A stretch of DNA of 64,000 bases from Lama glama (lineage: Eukaryota), in assembly GCA_028534125.1 (NCBI GenBank), contig CM052817.1, positions 57,538,001-57,602,000 on the forward strand, given 5' to 3'. This document shows positions 39,183 to 51,949 of the stretch, one piece after another (within the stretch, counting starts at the first letter, position 1; each line of letters opens with the position of its first letter). The translations under genes were made by a program, and so were the position numbers. Below the pieces are notes generated by a model, which did not search any database, had not been told where the DNA came from, and saw only the letters and a list, made by a program, of their open reading frames with translations.

Positions 39183-40600
39183 TCACAAGAATATATGGCT
39201 CCCATCGGTGAACCAGATCTCACCAGGGTTTTCCAGGGATTGGTCACTGAGACCTTTTCTAGCTCCTAGAGAAATGGATAGGGTCTCATGACATAGGTGA
39301 AAGGGAAGATATTCATCAGGTGATGGTAATAGTGTAGCACGATTGAGTGTCCCACAAAAAAAGACAGTGACGTCTGGGTTTTCCAGTAATAATGCCTGAT
39401 ATTTAAGAAGCCAAGCATCTGAGAGCCAGAAATGTCTCCTGCCTTTTAAAAGGTCAGAAACTTGATGGTTAGCATATGCTTGTATAGGGGCCCCCAGAGT
39501 TAGCTTAAAAGCTTCCTCCAGGAGAGTGGAGAGGGCTCCCAATACTCTTAGGCAGGAAGGCCAGCCTCAAGCAGTGGGATCTAGCCACTTGGAGAGGTAT
39601 CCCGTAGGCTGTTGGGTAGGACCCAGCCGTTGGGTGAGGACCCCCAACGCTATTCCTCCTCTCTCATGAACATAGAACTGGAAGGGCCTTGTGGGATCTG
39701 GAAGCCCCGAGGCCAGGGATCTTACTAGGAGATTTTTTCATTCTTCCACTGCTTCCTGTTGGGAAGGACGCCACTGGAGAGGTACTGAGTCATCCTTACC
39801 CTTTAAGTTGTCATATAGAGGTTGGGCTCTAGACTCATAACTAGAGACCAGAGCCTATGGTAAACCGTTAGTCCGAGAAATGCCCTGAGCTGTTTTCCAG
39901 TAGTGAGGTTAGGGAGTTGTAAGATTCCCTCAATTCATTCAGGAGAAATGCTGTGGTTTCCAGGAGTCAGAACAACTCCTAGGTAAGTTACCTCTTGTTT
40001 GTCCATTTTGGCCTTGGACCTGGAAACTAGATACCCCTGCTCGGCCAAGAAGTTAAGAGTTTGGATTCCATGTTGGATGGCCTGTTCTTGAGTAAGGGAG
40101 AGGTAAGTAAGTCATATATTGTTTTCGATTAGGGAGCCAGGTAGGATCTCTGAGGGAGATGACAGCCGGAGCAGCCGTCTTTGCTCGCCCTGGGATATCT
40201 TGATCCAAGACAACAGGATTAATTTTATTCTCCCAGGCCTCTGGGTCCGGAGGTCTTTCTCCTTCCCCAGAGAGCAGTAAGAGTTGTAAAGAGGTGAAAG
40301 TTTGGGGATTTTCTCCCAGGATAACTCGGGTTCCCAACTTGTAAAGAAGATCTTGGCCTTAATGGGGGCTAGGGCATTCTGGCAAGCATAAGAAAGGATG
40401 TGCAAATGAGCGTTTATCCCATAAACAACAAAGGGGATGAGTAAAGAATCTTAAGGCCAGCTGACCTGTGACTCCCATGATGGTATAGAATCTAGAGGAG
40501 AAGGGTCCAGAGAAGGAAGGTGGGACAGAGTCGGTGGTCCCGGTATCCAAAAAAATGTGATTGTCCTACCTGCCGCATCCATTTGCATCCACGGCTCCAG
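39183..40600 (-). pseudogene. pol: ERV pro-pol remnant (protease, deleted RT, connection, start of RNase H)
   Basis: DTG at about 40539-40547. ORF 39183-39542 (LKYQALLLENPDV..CGTLNRATLLP..EIWFTDGS) is typical gamma-type Pol. There are many stops and frameshifts, and integrase is absent. Confidence 0.88.
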
Positions 40601-40699
40601 CCCAGTGATGAAGATCTCTTGTGCTGGGGCTGACTGGAGGGGGTTTCTTCAGTCTCAGACAACCATTTGCAGGTCGCAAGCCACTTATCCCCCATGGGC

Positions 40700-41320
40700 C
40701 ATTTGGCTCGAGGGACAGAGGACTACCCAATGACCTTGCTTTTTACACCAAAAACAGGCAGATCTTGAACATTTGTCCTTATGGGGACATTTCTTGGCCC
40801 ATTGACCAGGTCAGCGTCAGATGTTGTACTTTTCATCAGGCTTGTCTCAGGCTGCTGGGGGCTGAAGATTTAGGGGTTGTGGCTGCCCTTGAAGGGCTAT
40901 AATCACTTGGGCAGGCCTGGCCTCTTTCCTTCTTTCCTTCTCCTGAGTCTTGGCCTCTTGTACCTGATCGCAATTTAAAAAAAACCTGTGGCAGCAATGG
41001 TTCACGTTTATCAAGTTACTCTGGGTTCCTGGATTGCCTTTTGGAGTTTTTATCTACTACTGGGGGCAGATTGGGTGAGAAATTTATCCTTTAAGATGGT
41101 TGGTGGCCACCACCACCCCCCTCTCTTCAGAGATGGCCCACATTCTGTCTATGAAGTGTGTACCTACTTTTACTCTACTCTGAGCACACAACCACACAGC
41201 TTGTGGCCTTTCTTTTGCCTCTTGATGGATCTCTAAATAACTCTATCTATACTGAAACAAACAAACAAAAAAGATGATTGGTCCCCAATATGAGCTGAGG
41301 TCTAAGTTTGACAGGCCTGG
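40700..41320 (-). pseudogene. gag: ERV gag remnant (capsid C-terminus and nucleocapsid), interrupted by an insertion at 41105-41270
   Basis: SNLDLSSYWGPIILKDKFLTQSAP reads across the insertion once it is removed. There is an intact CX2CX4HX4C at 40715-40756 and a degenerate first knuckle (PGQWAKKCP) near 40790. Confidence 0.85.
41105..41270 (+). mobile_element. Retrocopy of family-X LTR R region inserted in ERV gag
   Basis: TSD AAGATGGTTGGT (41093-41104) / AAGATGATTGGT (41271-41282), target TT|AAGA, tail AAACAAACAAACAAAA. Confidence 0.88.
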
Positions 41321-41334
41321 AGTTCTATGTACAC

Positions 41335-41685
41335 TTCTATAATATACCTGTTTTATATGTAGATATATCATATTATATATGTATATATAGTATATAATAT
41401 ATGCATGCATTATATTTTATACATGTATATATGTTATAATACATGTGTGCATGCACACATATATTATATAATAAGTATATTATATATTTACATATCCACA
41501 CACAATGTATACATTATATATAATAGATATATATCCATACACTGACATGTGTATGGATATTCAGATATATAATGTACATATTATATGTATATATATATAT
41601 ACACACACATACATATTATATAACATACATTTTATATTATGCACACACAAACACACACACATATCCATACACAGACCTGTGTGTT
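41335..41685. repeat. TA/CA-rich low-complexity tract
   Basis: Read directly from the sequence. Confidence 0.9.
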
Positions 41686-42734
41686 TAGGTGCACCCATAA
41701 AAGAAACCTACAATACGGGTACACATCCATACGCAGGCCTGTGTATGGATGTGCGCTCCTTTAATAGACATATGGTATGGGGGCACTTGGCCTCCAACCC
41801 CAAGCCCGTGTCTGGATGGGCACCCATTCTCATAGACACATGATAAGGGTGCACTTCATCTCCATCCGGGCCTGGGGGTGGAGGGACACCCTGTCTCATA
41901 CACACATGACATGGGGTGCGCCTCTACCCTCAGTATTTTCAAGTTAAACACGATGAAATAAAATCTTTGTCACCTTCTCCAGGTTAATTTAACTGCAAAA
42001 AGATTCCCAGCTTATGAAACAGGAAATTAATTTAGATGATTTCTTAGACATACTTCAGCTTTTACATTACAATACTTTTTATCAACAACATACAGTGTTT
42101 TAGGTAGATGAAAGAAAATAAATCCGTTTAAGATTAGAATTATTCATGGGAATTATAAGCAGCTGGTGAGGAGTAGTGTGAGAGAGTAAGGAATTATCGG
42201 CTATGGGAGTATAGATGTAGAAACTTGTCTAATTCATCTTAGCATATTAAAAGCCCAAGTGAGCAGAATTCAAAGCAGCTCAGTTCTTTGGGATATCTTG
42301 TTTGAGTCTGAATCCTGTTTATGTTTCAATTCAATACCACTGTATTCGACAATAACATCATTAATAATGTCATGATCATCTCTAGGCTATTTTAACGTCC
42401 TGTATACAGTGTTGGCATTCTCTATTGATTATGACTTGCCCAGGATTTAGTTATCTGTCATCACTGTATAGTTAAATAACAATAAGTTTTGAATTCAACA
42501 GGAATATAAGCAGTAATCTGGAAGCAAGTAAGAATGATTTTCAAGCAATACTTAGGCACATATAATAAGAATATCTCTTAAAGGTACAGTCATACACCAA
42601 AAGAAGGGGTGATTATCTCTGAATTTTTTTTTAGTAGGTAGTTTATTCTGTTTTTCTTCCATTGTGTTCGTCTGAAGTTTTCTGCATTGAGCATGCAATC
42701 ATGTGTTACGTTTGTCATTTTCTTTGTTTCTTTT

Positions 42735-44370
42735 CTCCCAGCTTTATTAAAGTGTAGTTGACAAATAAAAATTGTATACATTTAAGGTATACAACATGGT
42801 TTGATATATGTGTACACTGAGAAATGATTGCCAAAATCAAGCTAATTAACACATCTGTTGTTTTGTATACTTACCTTTGTTTGTGTGATGAGAACACTTA
42901 AGGTCTAGTTTCAGCAAAGTTCAAGTGTAAAATGCATTATTATTAACTACAGTCACCATGCTGCATGTTAAACCCCCAGAACTTATTCATTTTATAAATG
43001 AAAGTTTGTACCCTTGGACCAACATCTCTCCATTTCCTGACCTCCCTCGACCCATGACTTGGCAACTGTCATTCTGCCCTCCACTCCTATGAGTTTGACT
43101 TTTCTAGATTTCATCTGTAAGTGAGATCATGTATTAGTTATCTTTCTGTGTCTGGCTTATTTCACTTAGCATAATGTCCTCCAGGCTGATCTATGATGTT
43201 GCAAATGGCAGGATTTTCTTCTTTTTTAAAGCTAATAATATTCACATATATACTTCTTTATACATATCACATTTTCTTTATCCACTCATCCATCAACATT
43301 GACAGACATTTAGGTTTTTCCCATATCTTGGCTACTGTGAATAATGCTGCAATAAGCATGGGAGTGCCAATGTATCTTTGGAATATTGATTTTATTTCTT
43401 TTGGATACACAGCCAGAAGTGGGATTGCTGGATCATAAGGTAGTTCTATTTTTAATTTTTTAAAGGAAACTTCATACTGTTTTCCGATGGCTGCACCAAT
43501 TTACATTCCCACCAACAGTCCCTTTTCTTTACACCTTTGCCAACCCTCAATTATCTCTTGTCTTTTTGATGATATCCATTTGGACAGGTGTGAGGTGGTA
43601 TCTCATTTTGGTTTTGATTTGCATTTTCCTGATGATTAGTAATGTTGAGCACCCTTTTAATGTTACCTGTTGGCCATTTGTATATTTTGTTTGGAGAAAT
43701 GTCTATTCAGGTCATTTGCCCATTTTTCAGTTGAGTTATTTGTGTGTGTGTGTGTGTGTGTTTTGTTTTATTTTGCTATTGAGTTGTATGAGTTCCTTAT
43801 ATGCTTTGGCTATTAACCCCTTATCAGTTATAAACTGCAAATATTTTCTCACATTCCATAGATTGCCTTTTCATTGGTTGATTGTTTCTTTTGCTGCGAA
43901 GAAGCTTTTTAGTTTCATATAGTTCCATTTGTTTATTTTTGCTTTTGTTGCCCTGCTTTTGGAACATTTCCAAAAAAAAAAAATCACTAAGGCTAATGTC
44001 ATGGAGCTTTTTCTATGTTTCCTCCTGGAATTTTTATGGTTCAGATATAATATTTAAGTCTTTAATCTATTTTGAGTTAATTTTTGTGAATGGTGTAAGA
44101 TAAGGGTCCAGTTTCATTCTTTTGCATGTGTATATCCAGTTTTCACAACACTATTTATTAAAGAGAATATCCTACCCCCATTGTGTGTTCTTGGCAACTT
44201 TGTCAAAGATGAATTGATTGTATATGAGTGGATTTATTTCTGGGCTCTTGATTCTATTTCACTGGTCTATGTATATGCTTTTATGCCAGTACCATACTGT
44301 TTTGATTACTATGTCCTTGTAATACAGTTTGAAAACAGGAAATGTGAGGCCTCCACATCTATCATTTTCT
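42735..44370 (-). mobile_element. L1 (ORF2 3' part and 3' UTR) containing (TG)10 at 43741-43760
   Basis: Minus-strand [18 protein letters not shown] is an L1 ORF2 motif, followed by typical 3' UTR. Confidence 0.9.
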
Positions 44371-47300
44371 GAATGTGATTTTAAAGGGCCCAGTCTCCCT
44401 TGTTGAATCGAAACTGCAGCATGGCTGCTACAGAAGCTACTGTGTCTTCGTGGGCAGGTCTGCAGCACCTCTTACTATTCCAAGAAATGTCCAGAGTCAT
44501 CTACCTGCAGTTCCAGATAACAATACAAAATCTCTGGAATAATGTGATGATGCCAGCCTTTAATTAATCATTTTTGCATTTAGGGAAAAGTTAGAAGAAG
44601 GTAGGAAATTCCAAAGGTAGCTACTGATTAGTTTAAGACTTTACAGAGAGTAGCTGTGAGTACCAGGAACAAGGAAGGTGGGAAGGGCCTGGAGAAAGTT
44701 TCACATTTGATTTAACAGATTTTGACCTTAGGAAAGTCAGACACTTGCAGACAAATACCTGTGTCAGTATGCAACCATATTCATGCCCAGAAATAGGATG
44801 GCTATGGTCCTGTTTCTCAATAATACCATTTATTCTGGCAACACTTAGTTCCTTGGGCCTGTGACCTTCACATGTGCTCTTGGTTTTTGTCCCTCTCTCC
44901 CTTTCCCTCACCTCCCTCCTTTTCTTCTTTCCTTTCCCCTCTCTTTGTCCCTTAATAATTATGTGCTGTTCACAAAATAAGAGAAGACGGTAAGTTCAGA
45001 TTTGTAACTGCTGGGTGTGTGATGTCTTTGTGTTTTTTATTTAGCCAACTCTTAATTTATTCATTTGACAAGCATTTATTTGCTAATAACGACTAACACA
45101 TAATTATTGTCATAGAGATGGTCTGCTTAGTAGATAGTAATTAAGAAAAGAAAGTAAAATTCAGACACAGTCTCTGCCTTTTAGGAAGTTTACAGTCTAG
45201 CAGAAGGGACTGCGAGTAAATAAATAATCACCCCCAAATAGTTGTTATTACAAATTGGCAGGACTGCTATGACAGAACAGGAGAAGTAAATGAGGCTGAG
45301 GTTGCCTAGAAAAGATTTCCCTTAGGATGTGACATTGCATCTGAGACTTGAAGCAGGGGCTCTCAACCAGGGCAATTTTGACAATATCTGGAAGCATTTT
45401 TGTTTGTCACAACTGGTGCCGGGAGGGTTTATATTTTCTGATCATTTTGTGAGGCTTTGGTTTATATCTATAACAGGAATATTTTCAAAATAAAAAAGAA
45501 TCTATTCTAAAAAGTGAAGTAAGTAAGGGAGATTAAGAGATGCAAACTTTTGGTTGCAAAATAAATGAGTCACAGGAATGAAATGTACAGTATAGGGAAT
45601 ATAGTCATGCATGGTGACAGGTGGTAATTAGACTTACTGTGGTGATCGTGTTGAAATGTATACACTGTGTAGTATAATAGGAACTAGCATAGTGTTGTAG
45701 GTCAATTTTACCTCAAATACAAACAAGCAAACAAACTCAGAGAGATCAGATTTGTGGTTAGCAGAGGTGCGGGAAGGGTAACTGGATGAAGGCAGAATAG
45801 TAAAAGAATCTCTTTTGGAACCATAATTTATATTGTCCTGGATCTCCCCACACATTGGCTGGGCTTCATTTGTTTCTGGGTAAGAGTAGACAGCACCTAA
45901 CACAGAGAAGTCATTACTCAGATTTGAATGTCACATTAGACATTTTTTGAGCACCTGGGAAATACCACAGTTTTTAAAGAAAGAAAAGTTTTTCTTGGAA
46001 TTCTAATACTTTCCTTTCACAAATCAAGACACCTACATATGACTCATGTTGTAGTGTTTTACTCCAAGACATTCAGTAGACTGAGAGAAGGTTCTGATGT
46101 CAGGGCAGGAAGAAATAGAAAGTGCTTCTTGTCCTTTAGGGAAGAAACCAAGGGAAAGAGAGAAAGAGGAAAGCAAACAAAGCAACCTGACTTGGATGTC
46201 CTTGTTTTGTCCTTGGTAGTGCTGGGAGGGTGTCTGAAGCACTGAGATGATTTTGGGGGAATCCAAGAATCGAAGGCTTGTTCTGCGTTTCTCAGAGGTT
46301 CTGTCTGCTGTGTCCTCCTCTGTGTTGTTGACCTGTCCTTACACTGGCTTCCTTCTGGCTAGCAGAATGGCTGAAGCTGTTCTCTTGATTCATATCCAAA
46401 CACCACATCAGCCAGACCAAGAGAGAATGTCTTTGTTGGAGCATTCTTAGTAAGTGCTCTGAGACCCACTCTGATGAGACAGGATTAGGTTACACAACTG
46501 AACCAATCAGCATGAGCCCCTGCTACTATGAGAAGAATAAAATGTGTTAATTGCTTAGTTATTGTCACATCCACCACTGGATTCTGGGAGGAGTTAGCTT
46601 CCTTACAACTACATGGATCCTGAATGAAAGTCAGGCACTACTGAAAAAAGGGAAATGGATTCTGGAGACAAACACAAATGTCCACTTTAGCCTACTCCTT
46701 AAGCTGCTCTTTCAACACATGGCTTAAAACATGCTCAAGCTTACACGGAATAGGCACACACCTCACACAGATCTTATGGGCACACACCTCACCTCATCCA
46801 AAGGCTGATCCAGTTACTGAATCCAGATCCTAGGAGCTCTGATAAAAAGCAAAGCCATATATGATCACACAGCTTATAGTCTGCATTAACATACTTTGTA
46901 TTTGATTGATTGTCTGCATAATTCCCAGAGAGTCTTGCTTGGAAAATGAAGTGGCACATAACTTTTCTCAACTTGCCCTCAGGAGGGATCTCAGTAGATC
47001 ACTTATCTGTGATCATTAGACTGTTAATTCTTCAAGGCTTGCTTTAAAACTTTCCCCTTGCTGGGTCCACCAATGCTGAACTATTACATAATAAACTTGG
47101 CCCAATCCTCATCTAGCTCTCACATGGAAATATCCCCAAATATCATAAATCAGAATAAAACCTTACCATTTGAACTTACTATTCTGAAATGCTACTAATA
47201 TCCCATCAGTGGTTTCCTTTCCAGTGGTAAGCAGTACGCTTGACTTGTTTTAGCAACAAGTTATTTTGGGGAGCTCTTCAGAGAGTGAGCAGTTGACCCT

Positions 47301-50300
47301 GGATGAGGTACATTCTTTTTCTTGGGTCCGAATATATGATTCACTAATTTATGGCTAAGTGCACACCTGTCTGTAAGGAGCACATATGAAAATGCACTGG
47401 TGCAGAAAGAAGAGTGACTAAAGTGAAAACTTCCATTTGGAAAAAAGGACATCATTTAGGGATGACTGGTCCTGATATCCATGATATGACAGGACTCCCT
47501 GGCCTGTGAGTTCCTGAGTTTGCCAGTCTGCTCACCTCTGGCTTGGTTATGGCAGCCATCTCTCCTCAGCCATCTCTCAGATGGGCACCGAGTAAGTCAT
47601 CCCTCTCCCTGTGCTGCTTAGAGGCTTGTTTCCTATTAGTTAAGGAGCTTAGAGATTATATTCAGATTCTAGGAAATCACAGGCTTGGAGTTTATTTGGC
47701 AGTAAAGCTTCATTAAAAGTTTAGAAGCTTCCAGACTATTTGTTTCATAGTCCAGCAGCCAAAGTCAGAGATCCTGATAAGTTGAAATCTTGAAGTTCAG
47801 TTCTAACCATCAGAGTTTCTTTGGCAGCGAGCCTCCATTTCCCTGCTTTGCTCATTCTCCTAGGGCTGTGGTTCCCAAAGTGTGGTTCCTGGCCTCCCCC
47901 CAACCTCCTTGGCTCAGCTAAGAACATATTTTAGAGTCTTTTAATGTTAACCTTACTCTTAGTCCCAACTTCTGTATCAAGGATCTTAGTTCCAAATATA
48001 GAAACCAAGTATGTTTATCTTATAGGAAAAAAATGTAGGAAAAGAGAAAGAGTTTATTGAAATGAAATGGGACCCCACAGATTCACCTGGGAGCTGGAAG
48101 TGAGAGAGGGTGAATGGGCGAGATACAAGGATGTTGAAGATGAATCAGTGGGAAGAACAGCCACAGTCACACTGCAGGATGGTTAAGGTCAAGGTGCCAT
48201 CCCCAGCATTGCTGACACTCGGTCCTGGCTGCTGAGATGACCTGACATTCAACTATCATGACATGTTCTTATGTCAGACACCCAAAGTCTAGGTGCCAGG
48301 GTGAGCTCAGAGTTGAGCTGAGTGGCTCAGCTTAGATCATGTGCGGATCCCTGACCAACATGAGAAGCTAAAAGAGGATCTAGGCTCTCTCATCGTCCAT
48401 GATGGCTGGTGGGCACCAGAGATCATAAGGTAATAAAAAATATTGAGGAGAATTAATGCTGGTGAGGGAGTGGTCAAAATAACTGGCACATATATACTAG
48501 TTATATCCTGCCTTTCCACTGAGTAGTATTAATAGTACCTCATGTTAATAAGTATTTTTATAGTAAAAACATTTTTAATATCAGGATTACTTATTCCTAA
48601 TTCTATTATGATATTTTGACATGAAAGGCCTGATATAGTCATCACAGATTAATACAGAAATCAGCAATTAGAAAGATCAAATGATCAGAAATATTTTTTA
48701 TTTATGGTGAATAAAATCTGTAAACTATATCATATCAAAGAATTATTTTTTTTAAATGCCATGTTTGGGGAGGATTTTTTCAATATCAAATACTTCTATT
48801 TCTCTATTTTGTTTATATGTAAAATTATTATTTGGGACATGGAAACATGCATGAGTGAAGGATGGGAGAAAGGGGAAGAGGGATGTGGAATGGGAAAGAA
48901 GGAATAAAGAGAGTTAACATTTATTGAGTACTTTCCTTTACATAAGTTATTTAATCTTCCAAATAATTGGACCATTTAAATCTGCAGAACGCATTCTTCA
49001 AGTGAAATTTTACCTGAAAGCCATTATAACAAAGCAGGTTACTGTTGAGTGAATAGCTCTGGATGGGCTGTTGAGGAAGTGGGTACCTTCTTCATCTTCC
49101 TTGGGATAACAGTAAGCATTATTTTAAAATATATTATTTAATTTATATATTTTTTAAAAGGTTAAACTCTGGTCACTGCAGTTGTGGTAGATGGGTCAAT
49201 TATGTTGTATTCTAACTCTTCACAGACAGGTAACACATACATTGAGTTTAAGTTCATGGGTAACTGTTCCATGACTATAGATTTTAAGTTTCATTTTTAA
49301 ATATGAAATCAAAGACTATCTATACATGGAAAAGAAATTTAAATACACACACACATACACACAGACTCACGAAACCAAAATACTGTACTTCACAGAATTT
49401 TTCATCCTTAACTATTATGTCTAGGAGGAATTTATGTGTAGTTATAATTTTAACATGTAAAAATAGACTAGGGATAAGGTAAACATTCAATTAATTTCTT
49501 GCTGAAACAGAACACCCTTGACTTGAGATCATATCCAAGTCCCTATCCATATGGAATCATGTGCTAGTTGAGGCAGTTACTGGCTCAGTTATTATGAACC
49601 AGTCCCTAGCAGATGTTCTCTGGCTATTTTATGGTTTTAAAAATGACAGACTAAGGTTGAACTCAGATGGCTGAAAAAGGTACCTCTGAAGCTGAAAGCA
49701 GCAAATAGAATCTGTACATGCTACAGAAAGAGCTGTCAGTTAAAAGCATGAGTTGGGATTATCAAGGACATAGGGTATTTTGTCACATTTGTTAAAAAAA
49801 AAAGAATGGGAACATATACAAATTCCTTTTGACCACAGAAATATCCTATTAGAACTCCATCTCATGAACATCATTATCCTGTAAGAGAAAATTGTTTCTT
49901 TTGTGGATTGCAGGCATGAATATATTCACAGCAAAATGAATACAATATAAAATCTATGCTATATTTTTCATGTCTGTTTATACTGGTTTCTTTTTACAAC
50001 AGGAGGGGATGCTGGGACAAATTCCCTATTTACTCCCTACATCCCAAACCTCAGCTGACTAAAAAAAAAACCAAAAAACTAAGCCAGGTATAGATAGTCT
50101 TTGTTTGCATACTTAAAGATGAAAGAAAATTCATATGCTCATGTAAAAGTTAACTCTGCATTTTAAGGTATTATACATGGTTAATATCAAACCAAGGAAA
50201 AACATGACTATCTCAAAATAAGTAGGAGACATTTGGACCCAGAGGTTGCAAGAGATTCATGGTTAATACTATAGAAGATGAATCTCAGGAGTCTTCCCAT

Positions 50301-50699
50301 GACACACCAACATCTGCCATTGCCAGAGTTGTTCGCTGGCTTTCCTACACCTCCTTGGCTTCCATTGAATCCACTTCTTCTTAAAAACTAGCTAAAAGCA
50401 TCTTATCAAAGTGAAATTCTAATCATATAATCTACTCCTTAACTCTTTCACTGTGCTTGAGATAAAATGCAAAGTCCTTAGCATGACTAACATGGTAATT
50501 TCACATTCAGATATTTCCTGTGTCTGCCTTTTCTAGGTCCAGGCCCTTACACTTTCTAACCCTTTTGCCTGAATGTGCTTCTTTCCATTTTTTTGGTGAT
50601 CTTCTCCTACTCATGTCTTAGCTGAAGTACCACTTTTTCAGAAGAACTTTTCCTGACCTCTCAGACCTATAAGGAAAGGACAGGAAATAAATAAAAACA

Positions 50700-51925
50700 T
50701 ATTCTTCTGGTATTAATCACTATAGAGAAATATACAAAGTGAGAATAGGACTGTTATTCTGCATGGGATAATAAAAAAGAGGACTTCCTGATCAAGTATT
50801 CTTTAAGCAGAGACCTGAAGGGACTGGAAATAAGTCTTGCACTTGTAGCTATCTGGGGAAAGAGCAGTCCAGGCAGAGGGAGGAGCTGATACAAGAGCCT
50901 TGATGTAGGATGGAACAAGAAGGCCAATAGGGCAAGCACCAAGTAAGGGGACCAAGCAGGAAGAGCACCAGAAAACAGACTCAGAGAACATGGAGACCAT
51001 GGCGAGAATTTTGGCTTTTGATCTGAAAAAAGATGAAAAGCTATAGTTGAATGAGTGAACGGGTCAATACTGGGAGACCAGGCTACAGAGGGATTGAGTT
51101 AGGGGTTTGGCCAGGGTGTGGTACAAAGACTACAGTAAAGATCTTGGCTGTTCTTCTGAGTAAACTGTGATTGCTTTAGATGGTTTAAGCAGAATAGTAA
51201 CATGGTCTGGTTGGTATCTTGGATGATCACTCTAGTTGCTATGTTAGAACAGAGTGGGAAAGAGTAGTGGCAGGGTGCTTTTTGTAGTAGTCCTGATGAG
51301 TGATGATTGTGACTGCATTAAGCATAATAGAGGTGCTGATGAGTACCTGGGATCTGGATTTATTTATCTAGAAGAGAAAGCCAACAGGATTTGTTAATAT
51401 AAAGTGGGAGGAAGAGAAGTATGAAGAATTATTTTAATGTTTAACCTAAGCAACTATAAAATTAGGGAATAGAGTTGTTTTGGCCTAAGTATAAAAAATA
51501 GGGAGTAGAGAATACCACAAGGTGGGAAATTAGGAGGAGCTCTTTTGCAGGCAAGGGACTGCTGCTGCTAATTAAATAAAGAATTTCCTTTAGAATATGT
51601 TGAGTTTGAGAGATCTATTAGATAATCAATTAGAGCTATTTAGTAGAGAGTCAGATACAAAAATCTTGAGTTTATCAAAAAGTTCAGGGCCAAAGATTAT
51701 GCATTTTGAAGTCATATGCAAATACATGGTATTTAAAGACTGAGACTAAAAGATGTTATTTTGGGAGTAAGTGTAGTTTGAAGAGAGGAGGTCAGAGGAC
51801 CCACAAGGCACTCCAAATTTTAGAGGTCAGCAAGATAAGGGTGATCCAGCTAAGCATTAGGCTGGCCTATGAGACAGAAGGACATCCCAGAGATTGGTGT
51901 TTAAAGGCCAAGTGAAGAGTAGGTT
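50700..51925 (+). mobile_element. L2 fragments
   Basis: Purine-rich L2 body motifs such as GATCACTCTAGTTGCT and TTGAGTTTGAGAGATCTATTAGA. Confidence 0.65.
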
Positions 51926-51949
51926 TCAGAAATTTGTGGGGAGCCACAA

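Larger units (their letters stand above)
38108..41320 (-). mobile_element. Internally deleted class I (gamma-like, ERV1) endogenous retrovirus
   Basis: Minus-strand remnants occur in canonical order: gag (ILKDKFLTQSAP; CFWCKKQGHWVVLC), protease (FLDTG), RT (LNFLAEQGYLVSRSKA..VTYLG), RNase H start (EIWFTDGS) and env TM tail. These are followed by the polypurine tract AGAGGGGGGAA at 38563-38573 and then TG at 38562. Confidence 0.9.

Noticed and set aside
44959..45020. LCAVHKIREDGKFRFVTAGC resembles the SPINK2 C-terminal LCMKIREDG and contains a G|GTAAGT donor
   Set aside because: A stop codon lies immediately upstream, there is no N-terminal Kazal half and no suitable acceptor; probably chance.
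47325..47405. SEY-x10-PVC spacing followed by STYEN, similar to a Kazal exon
   Set aside because: It has an in-frame stop, missing cysteines, needs a frameshift and has no acceptor; too weak to call even a pseudo-exon.
50003..50088. Exon-like segment with acceptor TTTTTACAACAG and donor CAG|GTATAG
   Set aside because: Stops occur in both the phase-0 and phase-1 frames, the donor is weak and there is no homology.
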